64,000 nt of DNA, taken from contig CAZFTG010000001.1 of assembly GCA_964522205.1 (NCBI GenBank), positions 49,854 to 113,853 on the forward strand, read 5' to 3'. The notes beneath the pieces are model-generated. The model was not told the DNA's origin. It saw only the letters and a list, made by a program, of their open reading frames with translations, and searched no databases. Shown one piece after another: positions 29,216-38,342 of the stretch. The number at the start of each line of letters is the position of its first letter. The stretch's first letter is position 1. The DNA comes from an uncultured Thermoproteales archaeon (GTDB lineage Archaea; Thermoproteota; Thermoprotei; Thermofilales; B20-G17). The position numbers were made by a program, and so were the translations under genes.

Positions 29216-30070
29216 TTCCTGAAGCTAAGAGACGCACTGAAAGGTATAATACCTTCAGAAAAACTTGATCTAGTACCTAGAAGCTTTGATATAGTAGGTT
29301 CTAAAGAAGGAGCTGTCGCTATAATAGAAATACCCTCAGAAATCGAAGATTACAAGTACAAAATAGCTGAAACTATTGCTAAAATACACAAAAATGTGAG
29401 AACTGTGCTAAGAAAGTCTTCACCAAGGTATAGTACATATAGAGTTAGGAATTTCGAACTATTATATGGGAATACCAATACTGAAGTCCTACATAAGGAA
29501 TATGGATACATAATAAAAGTAGATCCTACTAAGGTATACTTTTCTCCTAGAGAGTCTTATGAGAGAGTAAGAATAGCTAAGCAGATTAGAGAGAACGAGT
29601 TTATAATGTTAATGTTTGCTGGAGTAGGTCCCTACGCACTAGCTATATTAAAATTTCAGCCTAACGTGAAGAAAATAATAGCTATTGAAATCTCTCCCAT
29701 AGCCTTCAAGTATTTACTAGAGAACATAGAGCTAAATAAGGCTGTAGGCAAGATACTGGCAGTACTAGGAGATGTAAAGGAGGTATGCAATACATGGTAT
29801 GGCATGTGTGATAGAGTGATTATGCCACTACCTAAAGGAGCCTATAGATATCTCGATATAGCCGTACGATGTCTAAAGCCTGAAGGAGGTATTATACACT
29901 TTTACCACTGGTCAAAAGAAGAGGATCTCTTTTCCGAAGCTGAAGAACTACTAAGAAAAGCAGGAGAAGATCACGGCTTTAAGACTAAGATATTAGAGAG
30001 GAGAGTGGTCTCTCCTTATGCACCAAGAGTATATAAGATAGTGATTGATGCGTTACTCACTCATGAATAG
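29216..30070 (+). CDS. trm5: tRNA (guanine37-N1)-methyltransferase Trm5, D2-D3 (catalytic) region; start codon unresolved
   Basis: Translation from the codon after the TAG reads FLKLRDALKGIIPSEKLDLVPRSFDIVGSKEGAVAIIEI...VRTVLRK...EYGYIIKVDPTKVYFSPRESYERVRIA...MFAGVGPYALA...VIMPLPKGA. It aligns by eye along its length with archaeal Trm5 (Met-10+ family). There is no in-frame ATG/GTG/TTG between 29216 and GTG 29396, and starting at 29396 would delete conserved D2 sequence. Confidence 0.8.
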   Translation, partial: FLKLRDALKGIIPSEKLDLVPRSFDIVGSKEGAVAIIEIPSEIEDYKYKIAETIAKIHKNVRTVLRKSSPRYSTYRVRNFELLYGNTNTEVLHKEYGYIIKVDPTKVYFSPRESYERVRIAKQIRENEFIMLMFAGVGPYALAILKFQPNVKKIIAIEISPIAFKYLLENIELNKAVGKILAVLGDVKEVCNTWYGMCDRVIMPLPKGAYRYLDIAVRCLKPEGGIIHFYHWSKEEDLFSEAEELLRKAGEDHGFKTKILERRVVSPYAPRVYKIVIDALLTHE

Positions 30071-30076
30071 ACTTAT

Positions 30077-30730
30077 TTATTCATTACCTATCTTCAAACT
30101 AAAGGTTTTCCTTAAGTACTCTTTCCACCCCATTTTCTCCACATTCTCAAGTAGTTTAATCCAGTCTATTTTGAGTACAAGTACAATCAACACTATAAGT
30201 AAGATTATAGAGAGTACAGTAGAGATTATACCCTGCTCAAGTCCTAAGTAATATTTCATGAACTCACTAAAGAGCCTTCCCGAGTATGCCGTGAGTACAC
30301 TTATCACAATCTTCCCTGCAGTGCATGATAATAGAAACTTCTTCACATCATATCCTAGTATTCCTAGTAATATTATGATGACATCATCAGGAGAGGGAGT
30401 GGCAGCAAAGATGAAAACAGCTACAGCACCATAATTTCCTATTAACTCTCTAAGAGCCCATAACCTCTTTAGTTGTTCAGGTTTCATTAAAGTACTAGCA
30501 CCCCTAGAGATGTAGTATGTAACTAGTTTTCCTATACCCCCTCCTACGCCACTTACTATACCGAGGAGTAGTGGATCTAGCTCTGGCACATTTGAAGCTA
30601 TTAGGAATATAACCGCTAAATACGGGATAGGGATAAAGGGTATGAAATTTCCTAGTATTGATACTATTAGTGCACCCAAATATCCCCACTTTACTGTAAG
30701 TCTGTAGAGCAATTCTGCTATATTCCACAT
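30077..30730 (-). CDS. DedA/VTT-domain membrane protein
   Basis: 217-aa polytopic protein. GYLGALIVSILGNFIPFIPIPYLAVIFL is typical of the DedA/SNARE-associated family. Confidence 0.65.
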   Translation of the reverse strand: MWNIAELLYRLTVKWGYLGALIVSILGNFIPFIPIPYLAVIFLIASNVPELDPLLLGIVSGVGGGIGKLVTYYISRGASTLMKPEQLKRLWALRELIGNYGAVAVFIFAATPSPDDVIIILLGILGYDVKKFLLSCTAGKIVISVLTAYSGRLFSEFMKYYLGLEQGIISTVLSIILLIVLIVLVLKIDWIKLLENVEKMGWKEYLRKTFSLKIGNE

Positions 30731-30753
30731 TATCCCAAGAAAAGTTATTGAGC

Positions 30754-31293
30754 TTAGTGATAAATTTTTTGTAAACGATGCGTGTATTCTACAAGTACTT
30801 TAGAGGTTAATACTGTTAGAATAGCGTGGAGTACATTGAATATAGCTACATGGATAATGTAAAACGTTAGCCCATAAATACGCAGTAGGCCTGGTAGTAT
30901 AAAGGTTATGACTAGTATATTAGCTAACTCCATGATCATCACTCTAATGGAGATAGGAACCAGTATTACTAAGTAGGATATAGCTCCTTTTTTTCTAAGG
31001 TGCTTACGCACTAGATAAAGTCCTATTACTGTTGAAAGTACTGCTAGTAGCTTCATGAGAGGACCTATGGGTGCGAAAGAGCTTCTAGAGTTTAGGAATA
31101 TGAAGTGTATTATGGCTACGATTATAGCTGAATAGAGATTCAGTGTTAAAAGGGCCACAGCAGAGGGGATTTCGGCTAAATCAAACTTAAGGAACTCTAC
31201 TGGAAAATATGGTATCTCGAGTTTTGTGAGAGTGAAGAGTATAGCTAGTGAGGCTAATATCGAGGTCATTACAAGTTCATATTTCCTAGACAT
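30754..31293 (-). CDS. ECF-transporter S-component-like membrane protein (RibU-like)
   Basis: 179 aa with ~6 TM helices. LEIPYFPVEFLKFDLAEIPSAVALL resembles the conserved loop-1 region of ECF S components. Substrate unknown. Confidence 0.5.
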   Translation of the reverse strand: MSRKYELVMTSILASLAILFTLTKLEIPYFPVEFLKFDLAEIPSAVALLTLNLYSAIIVAIIHFIFLNSRSSFAPIGPLMKLLAVLSTVIGLYLVRKHLRKKGAISYLVILVPISIRVMIMELANILVITFILPGLLRIYGLTFYIIHVAIFNVLHAILTVLTSKVLVEYTHRLQKIYH

Positions 31294-31433
31294 CGAAGTA
31301 ACTGCATAATTACACTATAAAAGCGTTTTTTTAATTTATGAAATGATTGCCTGTATTACTTCATAGAGAGATGCGAACATTTAAATATCGACAGAAGCTG
31401 AATAGTTAATAAGCTAATGTCGAAGGGGAAAAG

Positions 31434-32348
31434 ATGCCCTTTGAGATTACCAGTGCTGAAAAAGCGATGGTAATTAGAGCCAGGGGTATATTTAGTAGAG
31501 GGAATGTCCTAGACTTATATTCATATGTGGCAAGTAATGTAATTTCCCTAAATAGCCTAAATGCGTTAGCTATAGAGATAAGAGGGGGGTTATTAGAACT
31601 TCAAGCACTAGACGAAGGTTTCATCTCCGTCGCAGGGTACGGAGACGTGCTTGTAAACGGAGAACTTTGCGAAAATTGGACTACAATACCAGTAAGACCA
31701 CAAGATAACATAACTATCCGTTCTAAGAATGACTCAGTAGTATACGTCAACATTATTGGTGGAATTCCAAGTGGCTTAGAAGGAGTAGAACTGAGACATG
31801 GAACTAAACTAAGTGAAGCAAGATCTTATGATAGCGAAGAGATTTGTAGAATACTGAGTGCTCTTCGAGTTCCAGAAACTATACGACCTACTACTCAAAA
31901 GGTAATTTGCGTGGCTACACCTAAAATGAGAAAACAACATGATAATACTGTAAAAGCAGTACTGTTTAAGAAAAGAGAATACTACTTGCTCAAGATGGAG
32001 AGAACTCCACCATCTGATGAAACCATAGTGGATGCAGAACCTCCAGTACTAAGATCAGATGGAGGTATCCTAATTCCCATCCTTCACTATAAGCACGATG
32101 ACAATGTATGTGGTTGGATCCCCTCAGATGATCTGGATAGTCTAGCCAGATTAGAGAGCCTGCACCTAGTAGATGTGAAGTACTGCTCTGAGAGTTATGC
32201 TATGGAAAAATGTTCAAAGTATATGGAAAAGCTACTCTGGCTTAAGAGAACTATTGAAACCTCTATAGAAGCTGTCAAAAGGGGAGCTAAAGCTCTCAGA
32301 GTAAAGGTTAACGGAAGGACTTATATAGCTTGGATAGAATCCCTCTAG
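31434..32348 (+). CDS. Hypothetical protein with possible PxpC/KipA (AHS2, cyclophilin-like) N-terminal domain
   Basis: 304 aa. The N-terminal ~130 aa (RGIFSRGNVLDLYSYVASNVISLNSLNALAIEIRGGLLELQALDEGFISVAGYGDVLVNGELCENWTTIPVRPQDNITI...VYVNIIGGI) follows the spacing of the AHS2/PxpC pattern (G..D..a...aN...gN...aalE...G..l.f......a.aG......g....W....v..g..l). This is similarity by eye only. Confidence 0.4.
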   Translation: MPFEITSAEKAMVIRARGIFSRGNVLDLYSYVASNVISLNSLNALAIEIRGGLLELQALDEGFISVAGYGDVLVNGELCENWTTIPVRPQDNITIRSKNDSVVYVNIIGGIPSGLEGVELRHGTKLSEARSYDSEEICRILSALRVPETIRPTTQKVICVATPKMRKQHDNTVKAVLFKKREYYLLKMERTPPSDETIVDAEPPVLRSDGGILIPILHYKHDDNVCGWIPSDDLDSLARLESLHLVDVKYCSESYAMEKCSKYMEKLLWLKRTIETSIEAVKRGAKALRVKVNGRTYIAWIESL

Positions 32349-32366
32349 GAACACTGGTGTACCCTT

Positions 32367-33917
32367 ATGAGAAGAGAGATAGAAGAACTTAGGAAAATTA
32401 GAGAGAGGCTTAAGGAAGGGGGTGGTTTAGAGAAGATCGAGGCACAACATAGAAAGGGCAAGCTTACTGCTAGAGAGAGATTAGAACTAATATTAGATGA
32501 AGACTCAATAGTAGAGTTTAACGAATTTGTAACCCATCGATGTACACTCTTTGGAATGGATAAGAGGAAGGTCTTAGGAGATGGTGTAGTAACAGTTTTT
32601 GGAACTATAGATGGGCGCCCAGTACTAGTATATGCTCAAGACTTCACCTTTATGGGAGGAAGTGTAGGTGAAATGCATGCTAAGAAGATTGCTGAAGTCT
32701 ATAGACTAGCCTTAAAAATAGGAGTACCAGTCATAGGGCTAATAGACTCTGGTGGTGCTAGAATACAGGAAGGAGTCGACTCCCTAAAAGGGTATGGTGA
32801 AATCTTCTACTTGAATGTACTAGCATCTGGAGTTATCCCACAGATCAGCGCAATAGTAGGTCCCGCTGCTGGAGGTGCTGTGTACTCACCAGCACTACAG
32901 GACTTCATATTCATGGTAAGAGGTATAAGCTACATGTTCCTAACCGGTCCCAAAGTAGTTAAAGCTGCACTAGGCGAGACTGTAACATTTCAAGAACTAG
33001 GTGGTGCGGATATACACGGTAGTAAGAGTGGTGTTGCTCACTTTGTAGTGGATAGTGAAAAAGAGCTATATAGTGAGATCAGAAAACTCCTAAGCTATCT
33101 CCCTCTGAACAATATGGATTATCCTCCAGTTATCGAGAGTGATGATGATCCTGAGAGAAGAGAGACCTACCTAGATACAATAGTACCAACTGAGCCCCTA
33201 GAGCCCTACAATATATATGAGGTTATAGAAGGAATATTCGATCTAGGTTCTTTCATGGAAGTACACAAAGACTTTGCTCCTAATGCTGTAGTAGGCTTCG
33301 CTAGACTCGATGGAATACCCGTAGGTGTAGTAGCAAATCAACCTACAGTATACGCAGGCTGTCTCGATATAGACTCCTCCGATAAGATAGCTCGATTCGT
33401 AATGTTCTGTAACGCCTTTAATATTCCAATAGTGACCCTAGTAGACGTTCCAGGCTTTCTACCTGGGACACATCAAGAACATGGAGGAGTAATAAGACAT
33501 GGTGCTAAGATAGTGTATGCCTACTCTATAGCTACAGTACCCAAACTTACAGTTATCCTTAGAAAGGCATACGGAGGCGGTTACATAGCTATGTGCAGCT
33601 CTCACTTAGGTGCAGATATAGTCCTCGCTTGGCCAACCGCAGAAATAGCTGTAATGGGTCCAGAAGGCGCGGCCGAAATAATATATAAAAGAGAACTAAA
33701 GGAGAGCAAGGATAAAGCCTCACTTCTTGAAAAACTAATAAGAGAGTACAGAGATGAGATAGCTAATCCATACGTAGCTGCCAGTAGAGGTTATGTAAAC
33801 TCAATAATAGAACCTAGTGAAACGAGGCCTACTCTAATAAGGCTATTGAAATTCCTAATGAATAAACGAGAGCCCCTGAGAAGACCTCCCAAGAAGCATG
33901 GAATACCCCCTCTATGA
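32367..33917 (+). CDS. Acyl-CoA carboxyltransferase subunit (propionyl-CoA carboxylase beta / methylmalonyl-CoA decarboxylase alpha family)
   Basis: 516 aa. IEAQHRKGKLTARERLELILDEDSIVEFNEFV ... GVVTVFGTIDGRPVLVYAQDFTFMGGSVGEMHAKKI ... VPGFLPGTHQEHGGVIRHGAKIVYAY is the canonical carboxyl_transferase family sequence. Confidence 0.9.
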   Translation: MRREIEELRKIRERLKEGGGLEKIEAQHRKGKLTARERLELILDEDSIVEFNEFVTHRCTLFGMDKRKVLGDGVVTVFGTIDGRPVLVYAQDFTFMGGSVGEMHAKKIAEVYRLALKIGVPVIGLIDSGGARIQEGVDSLKGYGEIFYLNVLASGVIPQISAIVGPAAGGAVYSPALQDFIFMVRGISYMFLTGPKVVKAALGETVTFQELGGADIHGSKSGVAHFVVDSEKELYSEIRKLLSYLPLNNMDYPPVIESDDDPERRETYLDTIVPTEPLEPYNIYEVIEGIFDLGSFMEVHKDFAPNAVVGFARLDGIPVGVVANQPTVYAGCLDIDSSDKIARFVMFCNAFNIPIVTLVDVPGFLPGTHQEHGGVIRHGAKIVYAYSIATVPKLTVILRKAYGGGYIAMCSSHLGADIVLAWPTAEIAVMGPEGAAEIIYKRELKESKDKASLLEKLIREYRDEIANPYVAASRGYVNSIIEPSETRPTLIRLLKFLMNKREPLRRPPKKHGIPPL

Positions 33918-33965
33918 TATCAACTATGTAAATATTTAATAGCACTAATGAAGTGTAAATGATAG

Positions 33966-34151
33966 ATGACGAATAAAGACGATAACCTGGACGAGGAGTA
34001 TGCAAAGATAGCTTTGATAACAGCCATAGTATATACAGAGCTTGAAAAGGTTAAGAGAAGACCAAACAAGCATAAGTACTCATATAAACCTAAAAACCTT
34101 TGGACTCTTGCCTCAAGACTAGATATAATCTTCAATAGGTGTAGTCAATGA
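33966..34151 (+). CDS. Small protein, possible accessory subunit of the biotin-dependent (de)carboxylase
   Basis: 61-aa ORF between the carboxyltransferase and BCCP genes. Its stop overlaps the BCCP start (ATGA at 34148), implying translational coupling. The DEEYAKIALITAIVY motif resembles small epsilon/delta-type subunits. The assignment is positional. Confidence 0.45.
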   Translation: MTNKDDNLDEEYAKIALITAIVYTELEKVKRRPNKHKYSYKPKNLWTLASRLDIIFNRCSQ

Positions 34152-34495
34152 GAAGAAGATTTAGAATAATAATAGATGGAAGAACTTATGAAGTGGAAGT
34201 AGAGCCTCTGAAGACCCCATTAATAGGAAGGAAAAGTCCTAGAGTCAGGCTTATTAGAGACCTAACTAGACCTATCGCTAGAGACGAGATTTTATCTCCT
34301 ATAGCTGGAACCGTCGTAGAGGTTAGAGTGAATACAGGTGATATGGTTAAGAAAGGAGATGTGATAGTCATATTAGAGTCTATGAAGACCCTAGTGGAGA
34401 TCAGAGCCGGTAGAAGCGGTATAGTCAAAGACATCATGGTTAAAGAAGGACAGTTTGTCAACAAAGACCAACCTATAGCTGTAATCAAGAGTTAG
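34148..34495 (+). CDS. Biotin carboxyl carrier protein (biotinyl domain; decarboxylase gamma-chain-like)
   Basis: The N-terminus RRFRIIIDGRTYEVEVEPL and the biotinyl domain ILSPIAGTVVEVRVNTGDMVKKGDVIVILESMKTLVEIRA carry the (E)xMK biotinylation motif. Confidence 0.85.
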   Translation: MRRRFRIIIDGRTYEVEVEPLKTPLIGRKSPRVRLIRDLTRPIARDEILSPIAGTVVEVRVNTGDMVKKGDVIVILESMKTLVEIRAGRSGIVKDIMVKEGQFVNKDQPIAVIKS

Positions 34496-34668
34496 CTGAG
34501 TACTAGTATAAGATTTCCTCATCTTTAAGATCACTAACAAATTAACCACTCTTTTAACAAACCTGTAGTTATAGTATCCATGGAGATTACCTGATAGGGT
34601 CCAGTTTAAAAGAGATGGAGGACGAAGGTATTTTTAAGTGGTCGAGTTAACTCTACTGGTAGTACGAA

Positions 34669-36897
34669 ATGTCAACTAATGCTAAAAGTGAGATTAAGTG
34701 TATATTTCCCGTAGGAGCACAGTTCTACTTCGAACCCTCCAGACCTGTAGACGAACTTCTACATGACATGAGAATTATTAAACATCTAGGTCTCAACACA
34801 CTTAGATTCCAAGAACACTGGTGTATAGATGAAAGTGTAGAAGGTAAGATAACTCTAGACAAAATAGAGTTCCTAATAGAAGAGGCTGAGAGGCTAGGAT
34901 TATATGTATATTTTGTAGTAACCCTAGAACAAGCTCCAGCATGGCTCTACAAGAAGTATCCAGACTGCTGTATGGTCTATAGTACTGGAGAAAGACATTA
35001 TGATCCAACTCAGTATAGGCTTCCTTATGATGGTAAACCCGGACCTTGTTGGGATCATCCAGGAGCACGTAGAGCAGCAATGAACTTTTTGAGTAAGCTA
35101 GTCCAGAGACTTAGTCACTACGATAATATCATAGAGTGGAACATCAATCAGGAAATCGGAATCTGGCCCTTGCATAAAGAGATGGTAATACCCTCAGCCA
35201 CTTTAGGCTTCTGCTATTGCAAGTACACCCTAGCTCGCTTCAGAGCGTGGTTGCGTAAAAAGTACGGTAGCTTAGAAGAGCTTAATAGAGCATGGCGTAC
35301 CGGTTATGGTGACTGGGAGGAAGTTGAACCGCCTAGACTCTACCGAAGAGTTCCATCATACATCGACTGGAGATATTTTATGTACGACATATATATACCT
35401 AGTCAACTTCGTTGGAAGGTGAGTACAGTTAAAGCTAATGATCCTAAAAAACGCCCAGTATCAGCGCATGTTGGCGGAATCCAACCAGGACGAGGTTATG
35501 ATTGGCGTTGGGCAAAAGAAGTAGACATCTACGGAAGTTCATGCTATCCAACAGGTACTTTTCACGAATGGGATGCTGGATATCCACCTCCTGGTATGCC
35601 AGTCTCTTGTGAAAGGTGTATTCTTGAAGAGGTTCTAACTATAGCACTCAGATACGACTATATTAGATGTGCTGCAGGTCCCAATCGTAAGATTGCGGCA
35701 GCGGAATTCCAAGGAGGGCCTAAAGGAGGGTGGGATAGAGTTCCAACATCCGAGGACATAAGACGTTGGGTATTAACAGCTCTCTCCTCAGGTATTCAAG
35801 AGCTACTCTTCTGGAATGTTAGATCTGAGATCTTCTGGACAGAAGCATACGGTTTCGGATTACTAGACTTTCGGAGGGACACTACACCTAGAGCTGAAGA
35901 GGCTGGACGACTGAGCAGAGCACTAAACGAATACCCAGAGCTCTTCAATGAAGGCACAGTTCCTCGAGCAGAGGTAGCTATACTAATTAACGAGGATCTT
36001 TGGCACTTTATGCAGGCTAGAGGATTCTATGAACGGGATCTAGATAAACACCTATCCTACACTATTCGAGGTATCTATAAAATGCTCTGGGACTCTGGGA
36101 TTTGGGTAGATTTCATAGAATCTTATGAAACGGATTTTAATCAATTGAGTAAGTACAAAGCAATAATACTCCCATTTCCTCTAGCTGTAGACGATGAGGT
36201 ATTCAAATTACTCAGAGACTACGTAGCTTCAGGCGGGACTCTTATCTCTGAGGCCTGTCCCGGACGTCATGATCGATTTGGATTTGCTAGATCTGGAAGC
36301 ATATCTCCTATAGCTGAAGAACTCTTTAGTGTAGAGCATTATCAGGTTCGCAGGATACATGAGCCCCAAATACCCCCTAAGTGGACTCCTAGAGAGCTCT
36401 CCTATGGTAGAATATTACCATTTAAGTCTCTTAGGGGCATAGGTCAATTTGAGGGATATCAAATATCACCGAGTTTTTGTGTGGAAATCTACAAGGTCAA
36501 GGAAAGCACTCCAATACTACTATATGGAGATAGCGTAGTAGGAGTGGTTAATAAATTTGGTAAGGGGTTAGCGTACCTTATTGGAACTCTACTTGGGCAT
36601 GCGTATACTGCATTTGACGATTCTAGTAATCAAAGATTCTTATTGAAAATTCTTGAGAATGCAAATGTCATGCCAGAGAAGTGCGGTGGACTTAATAGAA
36701 GAAGGCGTATTAGTAAGGATCTTCAAGCATGGTTCATATTCAATATGACTTCTGAAAGTGTGACAGAAATAATCGACTTAGGAGAGTATACACTAGTTGG
36801 AGAGCTTCTTCAAAGAGATTTATCTGTTGATTCAAATAAATTAAGAATTAAAGTATATCCCTTTGACATACTATGCCCTATATTGAGCACAGGGTAG
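34669..36897 (+). CDS. Glycoside hydrolase, GH42-like (beta-galactosidase family)
   Basis: 742 aa with a TIM-barrel region (LNTLRFQEHW..., IIEWNINQEIG). The central YKAIILPFPLAVDDEVFKLLRDYVASGGTLISEACPG matches the GH42 trimerisation-domain pattern. Confidence 0.6.
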   Translation: MSTNAKSEIKCIFPVGAQFYFEPSRPVDELLHDMRIIKHLGLNTLRFQEHWCIDESVEGKITLDKIEFLIEEAERLGLYVYFVVTLEQAPAWLYKKYPDCCMVYSTGERHYDPTQYRLPYDGKPGPCWDHPGARRAAMNFLSKLVQRLSHYDNIIEWNINQEIGIWPLHKEMVIPSATLGFCYCKYTLARFRAWLRKKYGSLEELNRAWRTGYGDWEEVEPPRLYRRVPSYIDWRYFMYDIYIPSQLRWKVSTVKANDPKKRPVSAHVGGIQPGRGYDWRWAKEVDIYGSSCYPTGTFHEWDAGYPPPGMPVSCERCILEEVLTIALRYDYIRCAAGPNRKIAAAEFQGGPKGGWDRVPTSEDIRRWVLTALSSGIQELLFWNVRSEIFWTEAYGFGLLDFRRDTTPRAEEAGRLSRALNEYPELFNEGTVPRAEVAILINEDLWHFMQARGFYERDLDKHLSYTIRGIYKMLWDSGIWVDFIESYETDFNQLSKYKAIILPFPLAVDDEVFKLLRDYVASGGTLISEACPGRHDRFGFARSGSISPIAEELFSVEHYQVRRIHEPQIPPKWTPRELSYGRILPFKSLRGIGQFEGYQISPSFCVEIYKVKESTPILLYGDSVVGVVNKFGKGLAYLIGTLLGHAYTAFDDSSNQRFLLKILENANVMPEKCGGLNRRRRISKDLQAWFIFNMTSESVTEIIDLGEYTLVGELLQRDLSVDSNKLRIKVYPFDILCPILSTG

Positions 36898-37361
36898 TTT
36901 AACAACAAGAGTTATACTGGTCTGGAGTAGATCTCTTGAACCTCTGTCTTCTTTGGAGTTTATGAGGACTTTTCTTCTCTTATTCTCCTTTCCATAATCT
37001 AATCTTAGAGGACTAGTATGTTAATTTATTGCCTTATATATTCCAAATTAGTTTAGATATCTCTTCAGTAATGTGATATTATTGTGTATCATAGTGGTTC
37101 ATAATGGTGATCTAGGTTTACTCAGACTATAGGTGAGCTCGCCCTTTGTTTCCTCACTGAATTATCCTTTAGACATGACTATACTCCGTCTTTTTCCTAG
37201 TTTTGTAAAGAGCCCTTAGAGCCGTTCTAGGCAAAGGTACATAGGTATAGAAGTGAAAGTTAACAGCAGAGAGTACCCAAAAAGTTAATTTATATTAACT
37301 ACTCTATATACTCCGAAATTGGTTTAAGTACTCTCTACAGTAATTATGAAGGGTATGGAAT

Positions 37362-38342
37362 ATGGTATCAGAACAGAGATGGAAAGAGCTGAAATATAGT
37401 GTTCTAAAACTGCTAATGGTGGAGATAGCATCAGAGGAGGAGATAGCTGAGAGACTAAGATTAAATCCTACACTTACGAGACGATTACTCTCAGCTCTTA
37501 AAGATGATGGATTTTACATAGGAGAATTAGAGAATGGAAAATTGGAGTTAAGGCTGGATAAGCTAGATCTATCAGAGATCAATAATAGATTGAGGACTAA
37601 GCTCATAGGAAAGAGATTGATCTTTAAGGAAATTGTCGACTCTACTATGAATATTGCTCGACAGAATGCGGGTTATGAAGGTCTAGTAGTTATAGCAGAG
37701 AAACAGACAGCAGGTAGAGGAAGAAGTAGAAAGAGGTGGATTTCACCAGGAGGCGGCCTCTGGTTTTCTGTAGTATTCAAACCCAGAACAGCTCCTCAAT
37801 CTATACCTCTTGTGGGGATATTTTCGGCTATATCGATTGCCAAGGCTATAGAGGCATGTGTAGATCTACACCCTAGATTAAAATGGCCCAATGACATCCT
37901 GATCGATAATAAAAAAGTATGTGGAGTATCTACAGAGGCTATATTCGAGGCTGGTGAAACACGCTCAGTAATAGTAGGTGCTGGATTAAACAATAACTTC
38001 TCCCTAGAAGAACTCCCAGAAGAGATAAGAAACAGAGCTACTACACTCATGGAAGAGGTAGGTCATCCCGTAGAACCTATACCTCTACTCTGTAAGATAT
38101 TTGAGAACATGGAACATTACTATGAGACCTTCAAGCGTGGTAATACTGGTAGAATAATAAGTGATTGGGAAACTCTCTCTATGATGAAAGGAGCTGAAAT
38201 ATCAATAAGGTCTAGAATAGGAGAGTTCAGAGGTAAGGTCATAAGTATAGATGAATGTGGTAGATTAATAATCGAGGATGAAAACGGAATTGAACGACGA
38301 CTGAGTACTGGAGTTGTAGAGACCATCGAAATACTGGGGTGA
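37362..38342 (+). CDS. birA: Bifunctional biotin--[acetyl-CoA-carboxylase] ligase / biotin-operon repressor BirA
   Basis: An N-terminal wHTH (EEIAERLRLNPTLTRRLLSALKDDG) is followed by the BirA signature QTAGRGRSRKRWISPGGGLWFSV and KWPNDIL. Confidence 0.9.
   Translation: MVSEQRWKELKYSVLKLLMVEIASEEEIAERLRLNPTLTRRLLSALKDDGFYIGELENGKLELRLDKLDLSEINNRLRTKLIGKRLIFKEIVDSTMNIARQNAGYEGLVVIAEKQTAGRGRSRKRWISPGGGLWFSVVFKPRTAPQSIPLVGIFSAISIAKAIEACVDLHPRLKWPNDILIDNKKVCGVSTEAIFEAGETRSVIVGAGLNNNFSLEELPEEIRNRATTLMEEVGHPVEPIPLLCKIFENMEHYYETFKRGNTGRIISDWETLSMMKGAEISIRSRIGEFRGKVISIDECGRLIIEDENGIERRLSTGVVETIEILG

Noticed and set aside
33920-34135. ORF 33920..34135 (-) antisense to the 61-aa ORF
   Set aside because: The plus-strand ORF is translationally coupled to the BCCP gene (ATGA overlap) and fits the operon. 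The minus-strand ORF is isolated and hydrophobic low-complexity.
37345-37398. A 17-codon upstream ORF overlapping the birA start in another frame
   Set aside because: It may simply reflect ATG-rich leader sequence. Nothing in the sequence argues for translation.
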